64,000 bases of DNA from Felis catus (lineage: Eukaryota): NCBI RefSeq assembly GCF_018350175.1, contig NC_058368.1:18044001-18108000 (forward strand). The letters run 5' to 3'. A model generated the notes under the pieces. That model saw nothing but the letters and a program-made list of their open reading frames with translations. It had not been told where the DNA came from and made no database searches. The number at the start of each line of letters is the position of its first letter. Positions within the stretch are counted from its first letter, which is position 1. Shown here piece after piece: positions 1 through 13,760 of the stretch. The position numbers and the translations under genes are program-made.

Positions 1-988
1 GGTCTTGATTTCAAGGAAGAAACTGCTGATGTGTGGTTGTTACAGAATTTCACGTCTTCTTAATGGCGATTACCTTAAGATGCCTGTTGTTAGAGTTTGA
101 GGGATAAATGGAAAATTAAGGTACTCTGTTTTTGATAGGAAGTGAAGAGGAATATTGTGACTTTGTCGCACTGGTCAGCCTGCGCCGCTCTGGCTCAGAT
201 CCTGATCTGCAGGAGAGGCTAGTGTGCAAATCGGGGAGGGTACTTACCGGCTTGTTTTTCTCGCTCTTTGAAATTCACATTAGACTCAGTGGGTATGCTG
301 GATTGGCACAAGGTCTACACTTTTTAAAGTGGGTTTCTGTTATCCTAATTACCTAGTTTAAAATAATGTATTTCTTAAAAGATGTTTTGGTAAAGTGTAT
401 CTGAGAGGCAGTGTGAAGAGGTTGGAAGAAAATAGATCGGAGTTGGATGAAATAGGTTATTCTTTGAGAATGACTTAATTCCTCTAAGCCTCAGTTTCTC
501 CATCTGAAAAAAAAAGTCACAAGCAGTAAATGTCAAGTACCCAGGAGCTTGGCAAATAGTCAATATTTAGTAAATGTCAGTTTTTCCCTTAGGTTACAAG
601 GTGTGCTTTCCATTTTTACATCTCAGCTTCTGTGCTCAGCACCCCTGCCCAGAATAAGGCGTTTGTAGAGCAGACGCTAATACATCTTCATATCACTCCC
701 TTCAATTAATGTTTCCCAGTCATTTTTTTCCTGTGACTCATACATTTATTCTTTTTCACAAAGAAGTTGTTCATTTTATTAATCAGCAGTGAAATAAATT
801 AACCAGGTTCTAGACCCAAATGTTAACATAATTAATAATGTCCTAAAAGACATTCAACTTAATAAAATATTGTTATGTTATTTTAAATGTTTGTTATTAG
901 TGTCATTAATCATATACATTATTGTTCGTGTTTTGAACTTACGCGTAATATGGAAAAAACATTTTAGTTATGCTATAATTAATTGTAG

Positions 989-1053
989 GTGTTGAAGAAA
1001 ATATTCAGGAAGTTGTTGGGCATATTACTGAGGGTGTGTGCAGGCCTCTGAAG
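989..1053 (+). CDS. COG6: COG6 coding exon (exon 11 by human numbering), 65 nt, (G)[21 protein letters not shown]
   Basis: ttgtag| acceptor, AAG|gtaaat donor; peptide recognised as COG6; joins next exon in frame. Confidence 0.95.
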
Positions 1054-1217
1054 GTAAATATTTTGCTTTTATATATGTTATATGGTATCTGGATAAATTA
1101 TTGCCTTATTCCTATGAGTTTAAAAATAACTTCACAGCTGGAAATCGAGCTATAATTTTCTCAAATTAACACATTAGTGTAGGATTGTAAAATACATTTA
1201 AAAATAATCATCATCAA

Positions 1218-1440
1218 GGCACCTGGGTGGCTCAGTCGGTTAAGCGTCCAACTTCAGCTTGATCGTGATTACGGTCATGATCTCATGGTTCACAGGTTCA
1301 AGCCCATGTCGGGCTCTGTGCTGACAGCTCAGAGCCTGGAGCCTGCTTCGGATTCTGTGTCTCCGCCTCTCTCCGCACTCCCTGTGCTTGTGCTCTGTCT
1401 CTGTCTCTCTCAAAAATAAACAAAAATTAAAAAAAAAAAA
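1218..1440 (+). mobile_element. SINEC (Can-SINE)
   Basis: ggcacctgggtggctcagtcggttaagcgtcc head, CT tract, A tail. Confidence 0.9.
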
Positions 1441-3772
1441 GAATTAATGTATTGAATCTTTGTTTTCCAACTCTATAGGTGGTAAGATGATGCTTCTTTT
1501 TATATGACTGTTCTGGGTTGCAAAGCGATTACTAGCTAACATTTGAATTTTACCTTTCTTAATAAAAACTTATGATATGCTCAGACCTTCATACATCATG
1601 GTGGGTTGTATGAAAATAAGTTCATATACAAAGATAAATGGCATGGGAAATAGAGCTGAATGCTGTATTGCATGGTACAGAAATAGTGCCCTCAGATTGC
1701 TGATGTGTACTGGGGAACAAACGTCTACTCCAAGCAGCCATCTATGATGTTGAGACAAAGGTTTGTTATTATCCCTTTCAGTCCTGCCTCCTCCTTGTGT
1801 CCCCTCCCCATAAACACAGATTCTCTCCATCTTTCTCTTGCTTTCTGACTCCTGCTTTGCTACAGCTCTCTCTCTGGCACTGGAATGGAGAGCCGCCATT
1901 GGGTCTTTTATCTCCTCCCAAGATTGTTGTCCAACTGCCTGTGGCCCCTTTGGCTACTTTTAATTTCTGCCTTTATCATCTCTGCCACTTCCGATACAGT
2001 TACAGTTTCTTGAGTGTTTATTATGTGCCAGGGACAGTTGGAAGCCTGTTACGTCTGAGCCATTCTTCCCGTCACTGCTGTTCAGCTTTGCTAATAATGC
2101 TTGTTTTTCTCCGGCGCCTTCTACTTTCTAGTTGGTTCCTGCTGCCACCACCTCCGTAGTCTCTTTCAGCCTTTGTACATTTGTGTTTTTCTCTCATCGC
2201 CTGTTGTTTTTCCTGGGACTGTTGGCCTTTGCTGAAAATGGTGGCCCTCTTATGTCACCCTCAGAAAACGGTGTGGCAAACAACCTTCGTGTATTGGACA
2301 TAAATCCCCTGATTTTTCAGCCTTTCTCTGTTCTTTTCATCGTAGCTGAAAGGATGCTGCTTTCCCGCAGAACCTTTGTGTGTGTGTGAAAAGGGACGGA
2401 ACTGGGTTTGTTTCCTCTTCCTTCCTCTGTGTCTTCCCTCTTTTCCTTCCCTTTTTCCCCTCCCTCTTCCTCCTTTCTCACTTGCTTGACAGAGTTGGCG
2501 GAAAGAGTATTTTTTTGATGCCTGAACATTTTTGGAGAGACTTTGCCAGATAGCTAAGATGCTGTTACAAATCTACTAGAGAAGAGCTGTCTATCTACAA
2601 TTAGCATCTATTATATTTTGTCCTGATAATTACATTAACATTCAGAAAATATCACTTATTGATATATCATTTAAATCACTATTGAGGCAGGCCTTGGACC
2701 TAGAAAGAAATCGTAATGTGTAAATTGTGGTTTTTAAATTCACATGCTGTTCACAATTTATAATATTGTGTTAGTTAGCTCCTCTACTAATGTGTAATGC
2801 CAAAAGATGTATAAATTTCATAAACGTATTAATGTAAAGGTCATTTAATTTCTGTAATCTGAGAGGTTTTTGTATGCTCACATACATACATTTGTAAATC
2901 TATTTTAGCAAATCACATATGTTGGCATTATGACATCTTCCAAAATCTAAGTACAGAGAAACTTCAGTTTTCAAAAGCATGTATTAAGCATCTGTGGTGT
3001 ACGTACTGTTCTCCCAGATGCTGTGGAGATGTAAAAGCAGCAGAAAACAAATACAAGGTCTGTGTTTAGAATCTAGTTAGGAAAACAGGAAGACACAATG
3101 TAAGCAGCGGCTTAAGGGCAGATACAATATGTAAGGAAGTGCATCCCGGTGTAATTTAGCTTGCATTCATTAATTAGGGAATATAAAGGGAATGTAACGG
3201 ATGGAATTTAATTCAAGATTCCTAGTAGTTAACCTTAAGAGAGATCGAGTTAACTTTGAACTAGATCTGATATTGCCCTGGTAGTCGTAATTAGACATAT
3301 ATGTTGGTGCTAATTTAAAAAAGGAAATTCGGTATAATAGTTTGAAGATAAGAATTCTTTAATTTTTTTTTTTTTTCTGAATAGTTGATGATAGAGCAGT
3401 ATTTCACTGATAATCTGCTCTTAGGGAGGTAACAGCTGATTTGCAAATAGTGCTGAACTAAATTCCATTATATACTGGTAAAAAACCTCACAATGACCTC
3501 CTCATGTATTGGTTATTTTGGTAGCGACTGCCTTCAAGCCAAATTCTGTAGGTAAAGGATTTTTTTTTTTTTGGTAGAGTATATCTGTGTTAAAATATTT
3601 CTGTTACTCTACTATCCCTTATAATTTAATATTCAGAGATTACTTAGAAGGAATTTTGTGATTTCTACAGAATTAAATTTTGTCTTTTTAAAATGCTGTT
3701 TAGACCACATGTGATTGTAGAATGAAAATTATGCCTTTAAGAAATGTTTAATTTTTTTTCACATTTTCACAG

Positions 3773-3864
3773 GTTCGAATTGAACAAGTAATAGTTGCTG
3801 AACCTGGGGCAGTTTTGTTATATAAAATTTCTAACCTCCTCAAATTTTACCATCATACAATCAG
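3773..3864 (+). CDS. COG6: COG6 exon 12, 92 nt, [30 protein letters not shown](S)
   Basis: ttttcacag| acceptor, CAG|gtaagt donor; phase 0 in, phase 2 out. Confidence 0.96.
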
Positions 3865-4083
3865 GTAAGTGGAATGGTTAAATGTGCTTGTTAGACCCTC
3901 TGTGATACGTAATTTCAGGTAGAAACACAGTATAAGGTTTTAGTTTTGTTTGCTTTCACCATTTGTTTGACTAAATATAAACCAGCAGAACCTCCACACC
4001 TTATGAATCATTATGTATGTGTTGTTTGTGCTGTATTTTGAGGTCCGCCATTTCTTTTCCCTTTCTTCCCCAAACATAACTGT

Positions 4084-4084
<1 letters not shown>

Positions 4085-4116
<32 letters not shown>
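4085..4116. repeat. (CA)16 microsatellite
   Basis: Direct read. Confidence 0.95.
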
Positions 4117-4117
<1 letters not shown>

Positions 4118-4754
4118 CCTATATAACAGTATAAGTTTGTAAAAGAGATCCATGGTACCTACAGTAATTATACATTACACTCAAAATAGAGCACAATAAG
4201 TGAAGTGTCCTATTCTGGGTATAAATAATGTAAGTTTTTTTTTTAACATTTAGTTTTCTATTAATGATAAAACAGAACTATAGCTTTGTCTGCTTTCAGT
4301 AAAAGCTACTTTATCTGATTAGGAACCACTTATTTTCTCTATAATTTGATCTTTGACTCCAAAAGATTCATTTATCTTCACTTTGCAGTGATGGTATACT
4401 CTTGAGCTTTATTATAAATGTCACTATAAGACCATATTCCGTGTCTTGTGTTCCATGTAGTTGTGTTAAAACAATGACCTTTCACACTATATTTTGGATA
4501 GTTTCCATTACTATCCATTAAAAATGACTTAACAATTATTTTTCATCCAGTATGTTAGTATCAGGAACAGAAGTCCAATTGTTAAAATCCGGGGTTATTA
4601 TAACTAATAGGAGAGGTGCAGGGATCTCTAATTAAGGAAGCACCAAAAGACTATGGTGGTGTAGTTCCCTACCTTCTTGTAGCTGAGACTAGCCACCCAG
4701 AACTTCACAGTTAAGAGATGGAATTCACATGCTATTAGTAAATTAAAAAAAAAA

Positions 4755-4958
4755 ATTTTTTTTAACACTTATTCATTTTTTGAGAGACAGAGTGCAAGTG
4801 GGGGAGGGGCAGAGAGAGGGAGACATAGAATCCGAAGCAGTCTCCAGGCTCTGAGTTGTCAGCACAGAGCCTGATGTGGGGCTCGAACTCACGGACCACA
4901 AGATCATGACTTGAGCCAAAGTCGGACGCTTAACTGACTGAGCCACCGAGGCACCCCG
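4755..4958 (-). mobile_element. SINEC
   Basis: Reverse-complement head ...gactgagccaccgaggcacccc. Confidence 0.9.
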
Positions 4959-5459
4959 GTAAATTTTTAAACAAAACCAACAAGCCACAGGCTATATATA
5001 ACTAATCAGTGATAGGATTTGGGTTAGTCCTCTAACATTTTAGATATAAATTTATTACCATCATTTGCCATGACTCAGAAGCAATAAATTAGTTTCAATT
5101 GTGATGTGGTAAGCTTCCTAAAATAAGAGAATGATACGTACTTAGAAAACACAACAGCAGCTGAAAGCAGCTAACACATAACTAATGCCGTATTAGGCAA
5201 AGGTAGTGGTAAATAATTTTTAAATTATTTATGTAGTAATACCCATGATGGTACTGAACAAAATTTATCATTTGAAGATAAAGATAACTCAGTTTCTAAT
5301 ACAAAGAATGCTAAGAAAAAATCATTTGGATTCTGAAGGTAATATATTTATTAGACTCTGAGAATTGTAATTTTTCTGTCTTTGAAAGTGATGATTTTGA
5401 GGATGACAGTTGGATCTTTTGATCATTTTTTTCCATGTACTTTTTTTACTTGTTCACAT

Positions 5460-6600
5460 ATTTCCTCATTTAGTCAATTAAAAAATTGATTGCAGATGTC
5501 AGTCTACTAGATGCTAAAGATATGGCAGTGAACAAAACCGCTTAAACTTACATTCTAATGGGGAGAAAGACAAACAAGTATAAAATAATAATTTAGATAG
5601 TGCTAAGGACAACAAGGAGAAATAAAGCAGGAGAAAGGAAACGAAGTATAGGGAGTGACCACATATGAGCAAGTGTATGTGCATGGGGCTATTTTAAAGG
5701 CCTTTTGGTGGAGGTGATATTTGAACACAGACCTGCATAGCGTGAAGGAGTCGGGCATGTAAAGGTCTTGTTAAAGAGCATCCTAGACAGGGTATTCTGG
5801 TCCTGAGGCCGGAAAAAGCTTGCATTTTACAGGACCAGAAGGAAGGCCAGTGGTTGGAATAGAGTGAATGGAAGGAGTAGGGAGGAATGAAATCAGAGAG
5901 GTAAGCAAAGGCCAGATCATGTAGGACTTTGTAGGCTATGGTGAAGATTTTGATTTTATACTGAGAGGGTTGGAGAAGATGTATGTGTGTGGGGGTGGGT
6001 GGGGATGTTTCAGTGACTTGAGCTGATTTATGATATATAAGGTGACTCTGGACACTGTGAATAATGTAGTGTACTGGGATAAAGGGGAACAAGGTATTTA
6101 GGAAGCAGTCTGTGTTCTGAGCAGAGATGGTGATGTGTCAGAGTGATAGTCTTGGGGTGATGAAAAGTAGGGTTTCCAGAGACAATAGGAAATATATATG
6201 GACTAGGTAGGGTGAAATGTGGGGAGTCTGGGACGAATTCTTGGCTTTTGGTTTGAACAGTTAGATGGGTGGTATTGTCGTTTGCTGAGAGGGAGGATGC
6301 TGGAGAGGAACAGGTTTATGGGAGTGGGTGGGTACTGAAGAGTTCAGCTCAGTTTTGGCCGTGTGGGATTCAGCATCCCTGTGAACATGCGGTGGGATGT
6401 GTTGAGTTAGCAGACAACAGAGAAGTCAGGGCTGAACCTATACATCTGGTAGTTTGCAGCATATAGATGGTATTTGAAGCAACAGGACTAGGTAAGATCA
6501 CTTAGCAAGTAAGTACAGATGAAGAAGAGGCCTAAGACTGAGACCTGGGGAGCTCTCATATTTAGAGGTTAGAAAGAAAAGAAACCCACAAAGAAAATTG
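5460..6600 (-). mobile_element. LINE-2 relic
   Basis: gcagtgaacaaaac...cttacattctaatgggg; aggaaggccagtggttggaatagagtga; ggccagatcatgtaggactttgtaggc. Confidence 0.75.
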
Positions 6601-6863
6601 GGGAAAAATAGGAGACGTGCAAATTTTCAAAAAAAAAAAAAAAAAAAATGCCCCCTATACATTCAAACTCCCAGAGGATAGATTCCATCAAAAGGCAATA
6701 GTGAACGAGGCAAAGGAAGATGCAGAATCCATGAAAACAGGGAATCCAGCATACTTTGATTACATTTCCTTACTTGTAAACCTTTTTCTCTCTGTGCTTA
6801 GTAATTGCTTTGTTTTTGTATTTGCTTACTTTCCTATGTCCTGATTGCTGTTTTAGACCCAAA

Positions 6864-7445
6864 TTTTTTTTCTTTTACTATATAATTTATCATCAAGTTA
6901 GCGTGCAGTGTATACAGTGTGCTCTTGGCTTTGGGAGTAGATTCCTATGATACATCACTTACATACAACACCCAGTGCTTATCCCAGCAGGTGCCCTCAT
7001 CAATGCCCATCACCTATTTTCCCCACCCCCCCTGCCCCTCCACCCCCATCAAACCTCAGTTTGTTCTCTGTATTTAAGAGTCTCCTATGGCTTGTCTTCC
7101 TCTCTGTCTGTAACTATTTTTTTTTTTTTCCTTCCCTTCCTCCATGGTCTTAAGTTTCTTAAATTCCACATATGAGTGAAAACATAAGATTTCTGTCTTT
7201 CTCGGACTTACTTCACTTAGCATAATACCCTCTAGTTCCATCCACATCGTTGCAAATGGCAAGATTTCATTCTTTTTCATTGCCAAGTAGTATTCCATTG
7301 TATAAATATACCACAGCTTCATCTATTCATCAGTTGATGGGCATTGGGCTCTTCCCATATTGTTGAAAGCGCTGCTATAAACATTGGGGTACGTGTGCCC
7401 CTGTCCTGTATCCTTTGGATAAATTCCTGGTAGTGCTTTTGCTGC
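6864..7445 (-). mobile_element. 5'-truncated carnivore L1 3' end, TSD AGACCCAAA (6855-6863 / 7446-7454)
   Basis: ORF 7074..7322 matches ORF2 C-terminus (KLWYIYTMEYY); 3'UTR present. Confidence 0.9.
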
Positions 7446-8110
7446 AGACCCAAACCCTTAAGTGGACTCCACATTTTCTCACCGTGTAGTCAAGCACATC
7501 TACCAATTCTTCCCAACTTCTCTCCCCTCTTCCCTTCCTACATTCCTCTTGGAACCTTCATTCTCTTCCTCCAGTCTGGACTGCTTGCTTTCTAGGCCTC
7601 CTGCAAGGCTGTGACACTGGGGTTTGTCTTCTTCATCAGCCTGCTCATTCCCTTATGTTGAATTCCCTGATGCCTCAGTTAGCTCTGAATAGTATTTACA
7701 TGCCTGTAATATTGTAAACATTGAGTGTTGATTCACCAGAACCCTGTGATATAACTGTATTAGAGAGCCTGGGAAAGCTGAAGTTTGGGTATATTGTGGT
7801 GGGGGATGAGCATTATGTTAAGAGAATTTGACTCTCATCTTCCATAGCAGGGTTTTTGTAAATAATACCTAAAACTGAAAAATCAAGTAATGGCAGGATA
7901 AGCATGTTGGGTATAAATATGGAGTGAAATGCAATAACCATCTGTAAGTACTTGGCCCAGTTACTGGTACCTGTTGAGTACTTTGCAACCATTAGTAAAT
8001 TCTAGATCTGAGTAAGTGCAAAATATGGCTGATAACTCCAATTTTTTTTTTAAATGAATGTAAACATATGTTGTTATCTCTCCAAAGTTTTCATTAAAAT
8101 GTCAGTTTCT

Positions 8111-8325
8111 GGGCGCCTGGGCGGCTCAGTCAGTTAAGTGTCCAACTCTTGATTTCAGCTCAGGTCATAATTGATCTCATGGTTCGTGAGTTCGAGTGCC
8201 GCATCAGGCTCTCTGCTGACAGCACAGAGCCTGCTTGGGATTCTCTCTCCCTCTCTCTCTGCCCCACCCCAACTCACTCACTCTCTCTCTCTCTCTCTCT
8301 CAAAATAAATAAATAAACATTAAAG
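8111..8325 (+). mobile_element. SINEC
   Basis: gggcgcctgggcggctcagtc head, (CT)n, A-rich tail. Confidence 0.9.
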
Positions 8326-9154
8326 AAATTTTTAAATATCAGTTTCTGTTTGTATACATTCAGTTTTTTCCCCTGTTGGCTTGGTGTATTTTACTATTTA
8401 GAAACATACTTTTTTTTATTGTATGTATAGGCATGTGTGGGAATTTCTTTCAGTTTATTTTGGTGTTTAGCTTATACTATTTTTAATTGAAATACTTTAT
8501 TTTTTTGTAAATATAGGTATTTTGGCTACCTGTTTAGGAATTTGCTTTTATTTTGCTATTTACTTTATATATATGTTTGTTAATTTGGTTTGCCTGCATT
8601 AACTATATAAGAATTCATTCCAATTTGTTTTAGTTTCAGAATGTATTGAAGTAAATGGCATTAGTATTTGCTTTTATAACATGTCATGTGTAATATATCA
8701 GTTTTCTGTAAATTGGCTTTTTTTGATTGTTTGTTTACTATCTAATGGTATTTAGTAATGCCATTATATTTATTTTCAGCAATCTAAATTTCTTTTAGGT
8801 ATAGTAAGATGGTATTGTGCCATTAGAAGTTAGGATTTCCTACTGGATTATGGTATATTTTCACATCAACAAAAACCTTTTCTCCTAATATCAAATTTTT
8901 AAATGACTTTCAGTACATGAATTAGAATAAAATTGGGAATTGTTTTATATACAGGCTTGTTTTACATTCTAGAAAAAATGAGAAAATTCCTTAGATAGGT
9001 CTAAGAAATATCCTTGTAATAGCAAATTGAGGAGTATAGAGTGTGCTAATAATTAGATATTTTAAAATATTACAAGATTTTTCATATTCAGTCTAAATTT
9101 GCTGCTACTTAGGCAGTCGTATAAAAATTGAGAAACTTTATATATGATGTCAGG

Positions 9155-9200
9155 TTTTTTTTTTTTTACTCACCTTTTTTTAATGTTTACTTATTTTTGG

Positions 9201-9244
<44 letters not shown>

Positions 9245-9400
9245 AAGTGGGGGAGGGGCAGAAAGAGAGAAGGACAGAAGATCCAAAGCAGGCTCTGCGT
9301 TGTCAGCACACAGCCCGATGTGGGGCTCCAACTCAAGAACCACAAGATCATGACCCAAGCCGAAGTCAGACACTTAACTGATTAAGCCACCCAGGCGCCC
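9155..9400 (-). mobile_element. SINEC with (GA)n
   Basis: ...gccacccaggcgcccc end at 9400. Confidence 0.9.
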
Positions 9401-9806
9401 CTGGTGTAAGAGTTTTAATGGAAAGAATAAATCAGTGTTAATAAAATTTAAATATTTTATGAATAGAGTTATTATTGATGGAATGGCTTCCTTAAAGTTA
9501 AAATTAGGTCTTGGATAATCAAGACATGCATTTACCGTAATAGAGAAAAATGGATGGATTTGCATCTTATAAGTGTTTTTCTAAAAGAGATTGTGAAACA
9601 CTGGAAACATTTGTTTGTTACCTAACTCTTAAGTAAAATATCTCTGTCATTTTTATGTGAAACTAAAGTAGTTGTTTTTAATTCACAGCTTATATTCTCC
9701 ATACATACTTTTATTTTAAATCTAGATCTTTTAAGCGAATTATATTCAGTTAAAGAACTCATTGTGTCAGGCTTGTTTTGCAACCTGAAATATTCTTTGC
9801 TTTTAG

Positions 9807-9924
9807 TGGCATTGTTGGAAATAGTGCAACTACATTATTGACTACCATTGAAGAAATGCATTTGCTAAGCAAAAAAATATTCTTCAATAGCTTGAGTCTT
9901 CATGCAAGTAAATTAATGGACAAG
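9807..9924 (+). CDS. COG6: COG6 exon 13, 118 nt, (S)[39 protein letters not shown]
   Basis: gcttttag| acceptor, AAG|gtatgt donor; lies within ORF 9778..10008. Confidence 0.96.
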
Positions 9925-10860
9925 GTATGTTTGGAAAATGCAGTTCTTAAACTATGTGAGTGTGAGTTTTGCACATTTAAAAATGTTTTACTGTTTTTAC
10001 ATTGGTAATTTTTTCCCATTCCATACAGTGTTGTTTTGAGTGCTTCCTGTGAACAATTTATTTTGAGATGGCTTTACTGGATCTGGGCTTATAGGCTGGG
10101 TTCCTGGAACAGTATAACATTGAGTCATAATTAGAGGTAGAATCTCAAGCCTTAGTTTCACTACCAGTTTTCTATAACCAAAAAGTTGTAATTAAAGCAA
10201 ACTTACTATATTTAGGTCAGGGCTAAGATGACATACAGATTGGAAAACTGAAACTCTTACTGAATGTTTTTTTCTAAACAGTTTGCTTATAGTTTTACTC
10301 TCTGATGGTCCAGCTTTGTCCTTAAGAAATTTATGCTCCTTTGAGTTATATACTGCAATTAATTATGAAAATAAACAAGATAATAAAAAACTCCCACCGG
10401 AAACAAACAAAGCACCACAACAAAAATCTGGTAACAAAATCTGAGAGTCCCAAGAGCTAGTATTTTCAACTGAGCAGTGTGTTGTGATAAGACCTTAAGG
10501 AATGGATTTACAATGAGCAAACCCTTTTTTATTTTTATTTCATTATTAAGGACTCAGGTCTTTTAAGGATGCATCACAATCAACATACTAGCTTTTTTTT
10601 TTTTTTTTCTTTTAATCATACCACTCTAATAGTCTGGCTATGTTAGACCCAGAATTGTAATATAGAATAGTTGGTAGCATTCCAATCCTGAGTTATCTGG
10701 TCAATTTTTACATTCCTAAGTTCAGAGAAGCTTAGGAGTCTGACCTCCTGTAGGACTCAAATTCTTTTGGAAAAGCAACATGAATTTATGGACCTGGACC
10801 CGCTTATGTTTTTTTCTGTTGTATGTATTTTTGTTTATGTAAGTTTACTAGTAGTCCGTT

Positions 10861-11205
10861 CTTTTTTTTTTTTTCTTTAAGATTTTATTTATTTAGTTAG
10901 TTAGTTTTCTAAACTTTTTTATCGTCAAGTCAGTTAACATACAGTGTAGTCTTGGCTTCAGGAGTAGATTCCCGTGATTCATCACTTCCATACAACACCC
11001 AGTGCTCATCCCAACAAGTGCCCTCCTCAGTGCCCATCACCCATTTTCCCTACCCCTATCAACCCTGTTCTCTGTTTAAGAGACTCTTATGGTTTGCTTC
11101 TCTGTTTGTATCTTACTTTTCCTTCCCTTCCCCTATGGTCATATGTTAAGTTTCTCAGATTCCAACATATGAATGAAATCATATGATATCTGCCTTTCTC
11201 TGACT
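10861..11205 (-). mobile_element. Carnivore L1 3'UTR fragment
   Basis: Similar to 6864-7200; T-rich tail. Confidence 0.85.
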
Positions 11206-11269
11206 AACAGTTCTGGTTATATATATGTTTACATGAGTTCTTAAACAAAAATTTTTAAAAAATAGTTCA

Positions 11270-12610
11270 TGTGTACTTTGAACATGAACAAACATTTGCT
11301 AGCTGATGAGAGTACAGTGGCAAACAAGATTGGTTGGCCTCGGGTTGCTTCTCCTTTAGTGGAAAATAGTCAAATTAATCAGTAGTTGCCATAGAACCAC
11401 ATGTTTTATGAAAGACATGTGCCCAAGGTGCAATGCTAGCACAAAAGGAGAAGGAGCTTTCTAGAGAGGGAGATAGAAGGCTTAAACTTGGAAGGACGTA
11501 GAATTTAAATAGGTAGATAAGGGGGTAGACAGAGGCTATCCTAAGTAGGGGAAATAAAAAGAATGTGTAAGAGCACAAGCTGTGAGTCACCAGTAAACAA
11601 ATATTTCATTTATTAAAAAATCACCTGGGGGCGCCTGCGTGGTTCAGTTGGTTAAGTGTCCAACTTTGGCTCAGGTCATGATCTCATAGTTCGTGAGTTC
11701 CAACCCTGCGTTGGGCTTTCTGCTGTCAGCACAGAGCCCGCTTCAGATCCTCTGTCCCCCTCTCTCTTTGCCTCTTCCCTGCTGCTTCTCTTTCTCTCAA
11801 AATAAATAAATTTAAATAAAAAAAAATCATCTGGAAAGTGTAGCATGTAGATAGGAGAGAGACCAGGTTGCAGACAGGAAGATTATGGGAGTATCAAGGT
11901 AGTTTTTTATGAAAATCATGATCTAAGGTAGAGATTCTAGGAACAGCCATGAAGGAACACATTCTTAAAGGGGTAAAGGTAAACCTTCAGAATTTGGTGA
12001 CTGATTGAATATGGGTACATGAGAGGGAGGAACCTAAAATAATTCCTATGTTACCAACCTGGGAATATTGATAGTAATCACAAGTATCTATAACCTGGAA
12101 AGATGGTAAAATTTACAGGATAAAGATGATATTGCTGACATTAGTTAGACAGGATACCTTGAGATATCCTATTTTGTCTTATCCAGTTGGGAGCTGTACA
12201 ATGGGTTTAGATAGTTTTACATATAAAAGATAGTTGGATCCATGGATTTGGATGAGGTCACTAGGAATCATGTTTAATAAGAGCAAAGTTCTCAGACACA
12301 CAGTCTTGGGAAACCCGGACATTTAAGGGAAGAAAAAAAGCCCACCGTGGTGGGATGCTGAGGGAGGATGATGGGAGACTCAGGAGAAAAGCGAGGAAAG
12401 GGTTTTCTCAGAAAAGCCAAGAGAATAGAGTTTCAAGAAGCAGGACATGGTTAATGACAGATACCGTATAAAGAGTTCTAGTAAAAAAAGGACAGTAGGT
12501 TTGTTATCTTGGACAACACATAGGGATCCGTGACTTACTGAGAACAATTGTAGCTGTGTGCTGAGGACAGGAGCCAGACTGTAGAATGTGGAAAAGCGCA
12601 TGGATGTGCT
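11270..12610 (-). mobile_element. LINE-2 relic interrupted by a SINE
   Basis: aatttggtgactgattgaatatggg; agaaaagccaagagaatagagtttcaagaag. Confidence 0.6.
11627..11825 (+). mobile_element. SINEC
   Basis: Head and tail present; TSD-like aaaaaatca(c/t)ctgg. Confidence 0.9.
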
Positions 12611-12699
12611 TATTACCCAAAGTTTTACCGGTTGGAAAACATGTGGGCTACAGACTGAAAACATAGTAGGCATTCATATTTTTGAAATTTGAAAGAGAA

Positions 12700-13760
12700 C
12701 AACAAAACAAAATGGTAAAAGGAAAGATGGAATTAAATTTCTGTGATAAATTAGGAAACAGGAAAAATTGATTTTTTGAGAAGATCCAACAAAATTGACA
12801 ACCTTCTGGCAATTCTTTAACCAAAAAAAAAAAAAAAGAATTAAAAATTAGAATATCAGAAATTTGAGATATTAACCAGAGATACGAACTAAAATTTATT
12901 AGAAAATACCATATTAAAATGTAACAGTCTTATGCTAAAATAATCTGAAAATCTGAATACAAAGAGTGATTTTAAGACAATATAAGTGGACAAAAGGGTA
13001 AAAAAAAGAAGTGGAAAACTTGAATACACCTGGCGAGGGAAGAAAAATTATTGGAGAACATGCTGCTAGGCTTAGTTGAGGTTATACAGATAGCTTCATC
13101 CACACCTATGAACAGATAATTATCCAGAACACAGGAAAATATAGAAGAATTCCCAGTTCAATTTAGGTGTTGTAACACTGACATAAAAGCCTTTAGAAGA
13201 CAGTACAAAAGTGAAAATCACAAATCAGTCACTTTAAATTAAAAAAAAAAAAAAGTTAAAAATACCATTAAGCCAAATCCAGCATTATGTTCAAAACAAG
13301 TATGGGTTATTTGCAGAAATACGAGAATGTTTAAGTGTTAGAAAATACATTAAATATCTCAGTGTTAAATAAGAAAATTTTATATTATCATGATAGTTGA
13401 TCAGGTTGTTGGAGGAAAAATCTTACTAAATAAGAAAGCAGAAATTCTTCTTTAACCATGTAAAGATAAGTAAAACTAACAGCCCACATTATGATGAACA
13501 CAGAAGCACTACCAATATACTCTATGTAAGTCAAGAAAGAATAAGACAAGAATGCTTGCCAATAACATTTTTAAATAATAGAAAGGCCAGATTAAAAAGT
13601 GAGAGGTATAAGTATTTCAAAGGAGGAGACATTAGATTATTTCTAGATGCTATGATTGTCTACTTCAAAAGCCCAAGAAAATTAATTGAAAAGTTTTAGA
13701 ACTAGTAAATGTATTTAGGAAGTTATTTGGTGACCAGATCAATACACAAAAATAGTTTTC
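12700..13760 (+). mobile_element. Very old L1 ORF2 fragment
   Basis: A-rich decayed ORF2-like blocks (aacaaaattgacaacc, ctagatgctatgattgtctac). Confidence 0.6.

Noticed and set aside
5694..6092. 132-aa minus-strand ORF
   Set aside because: Lies within a LINE-2 relic; no recognisable domain.
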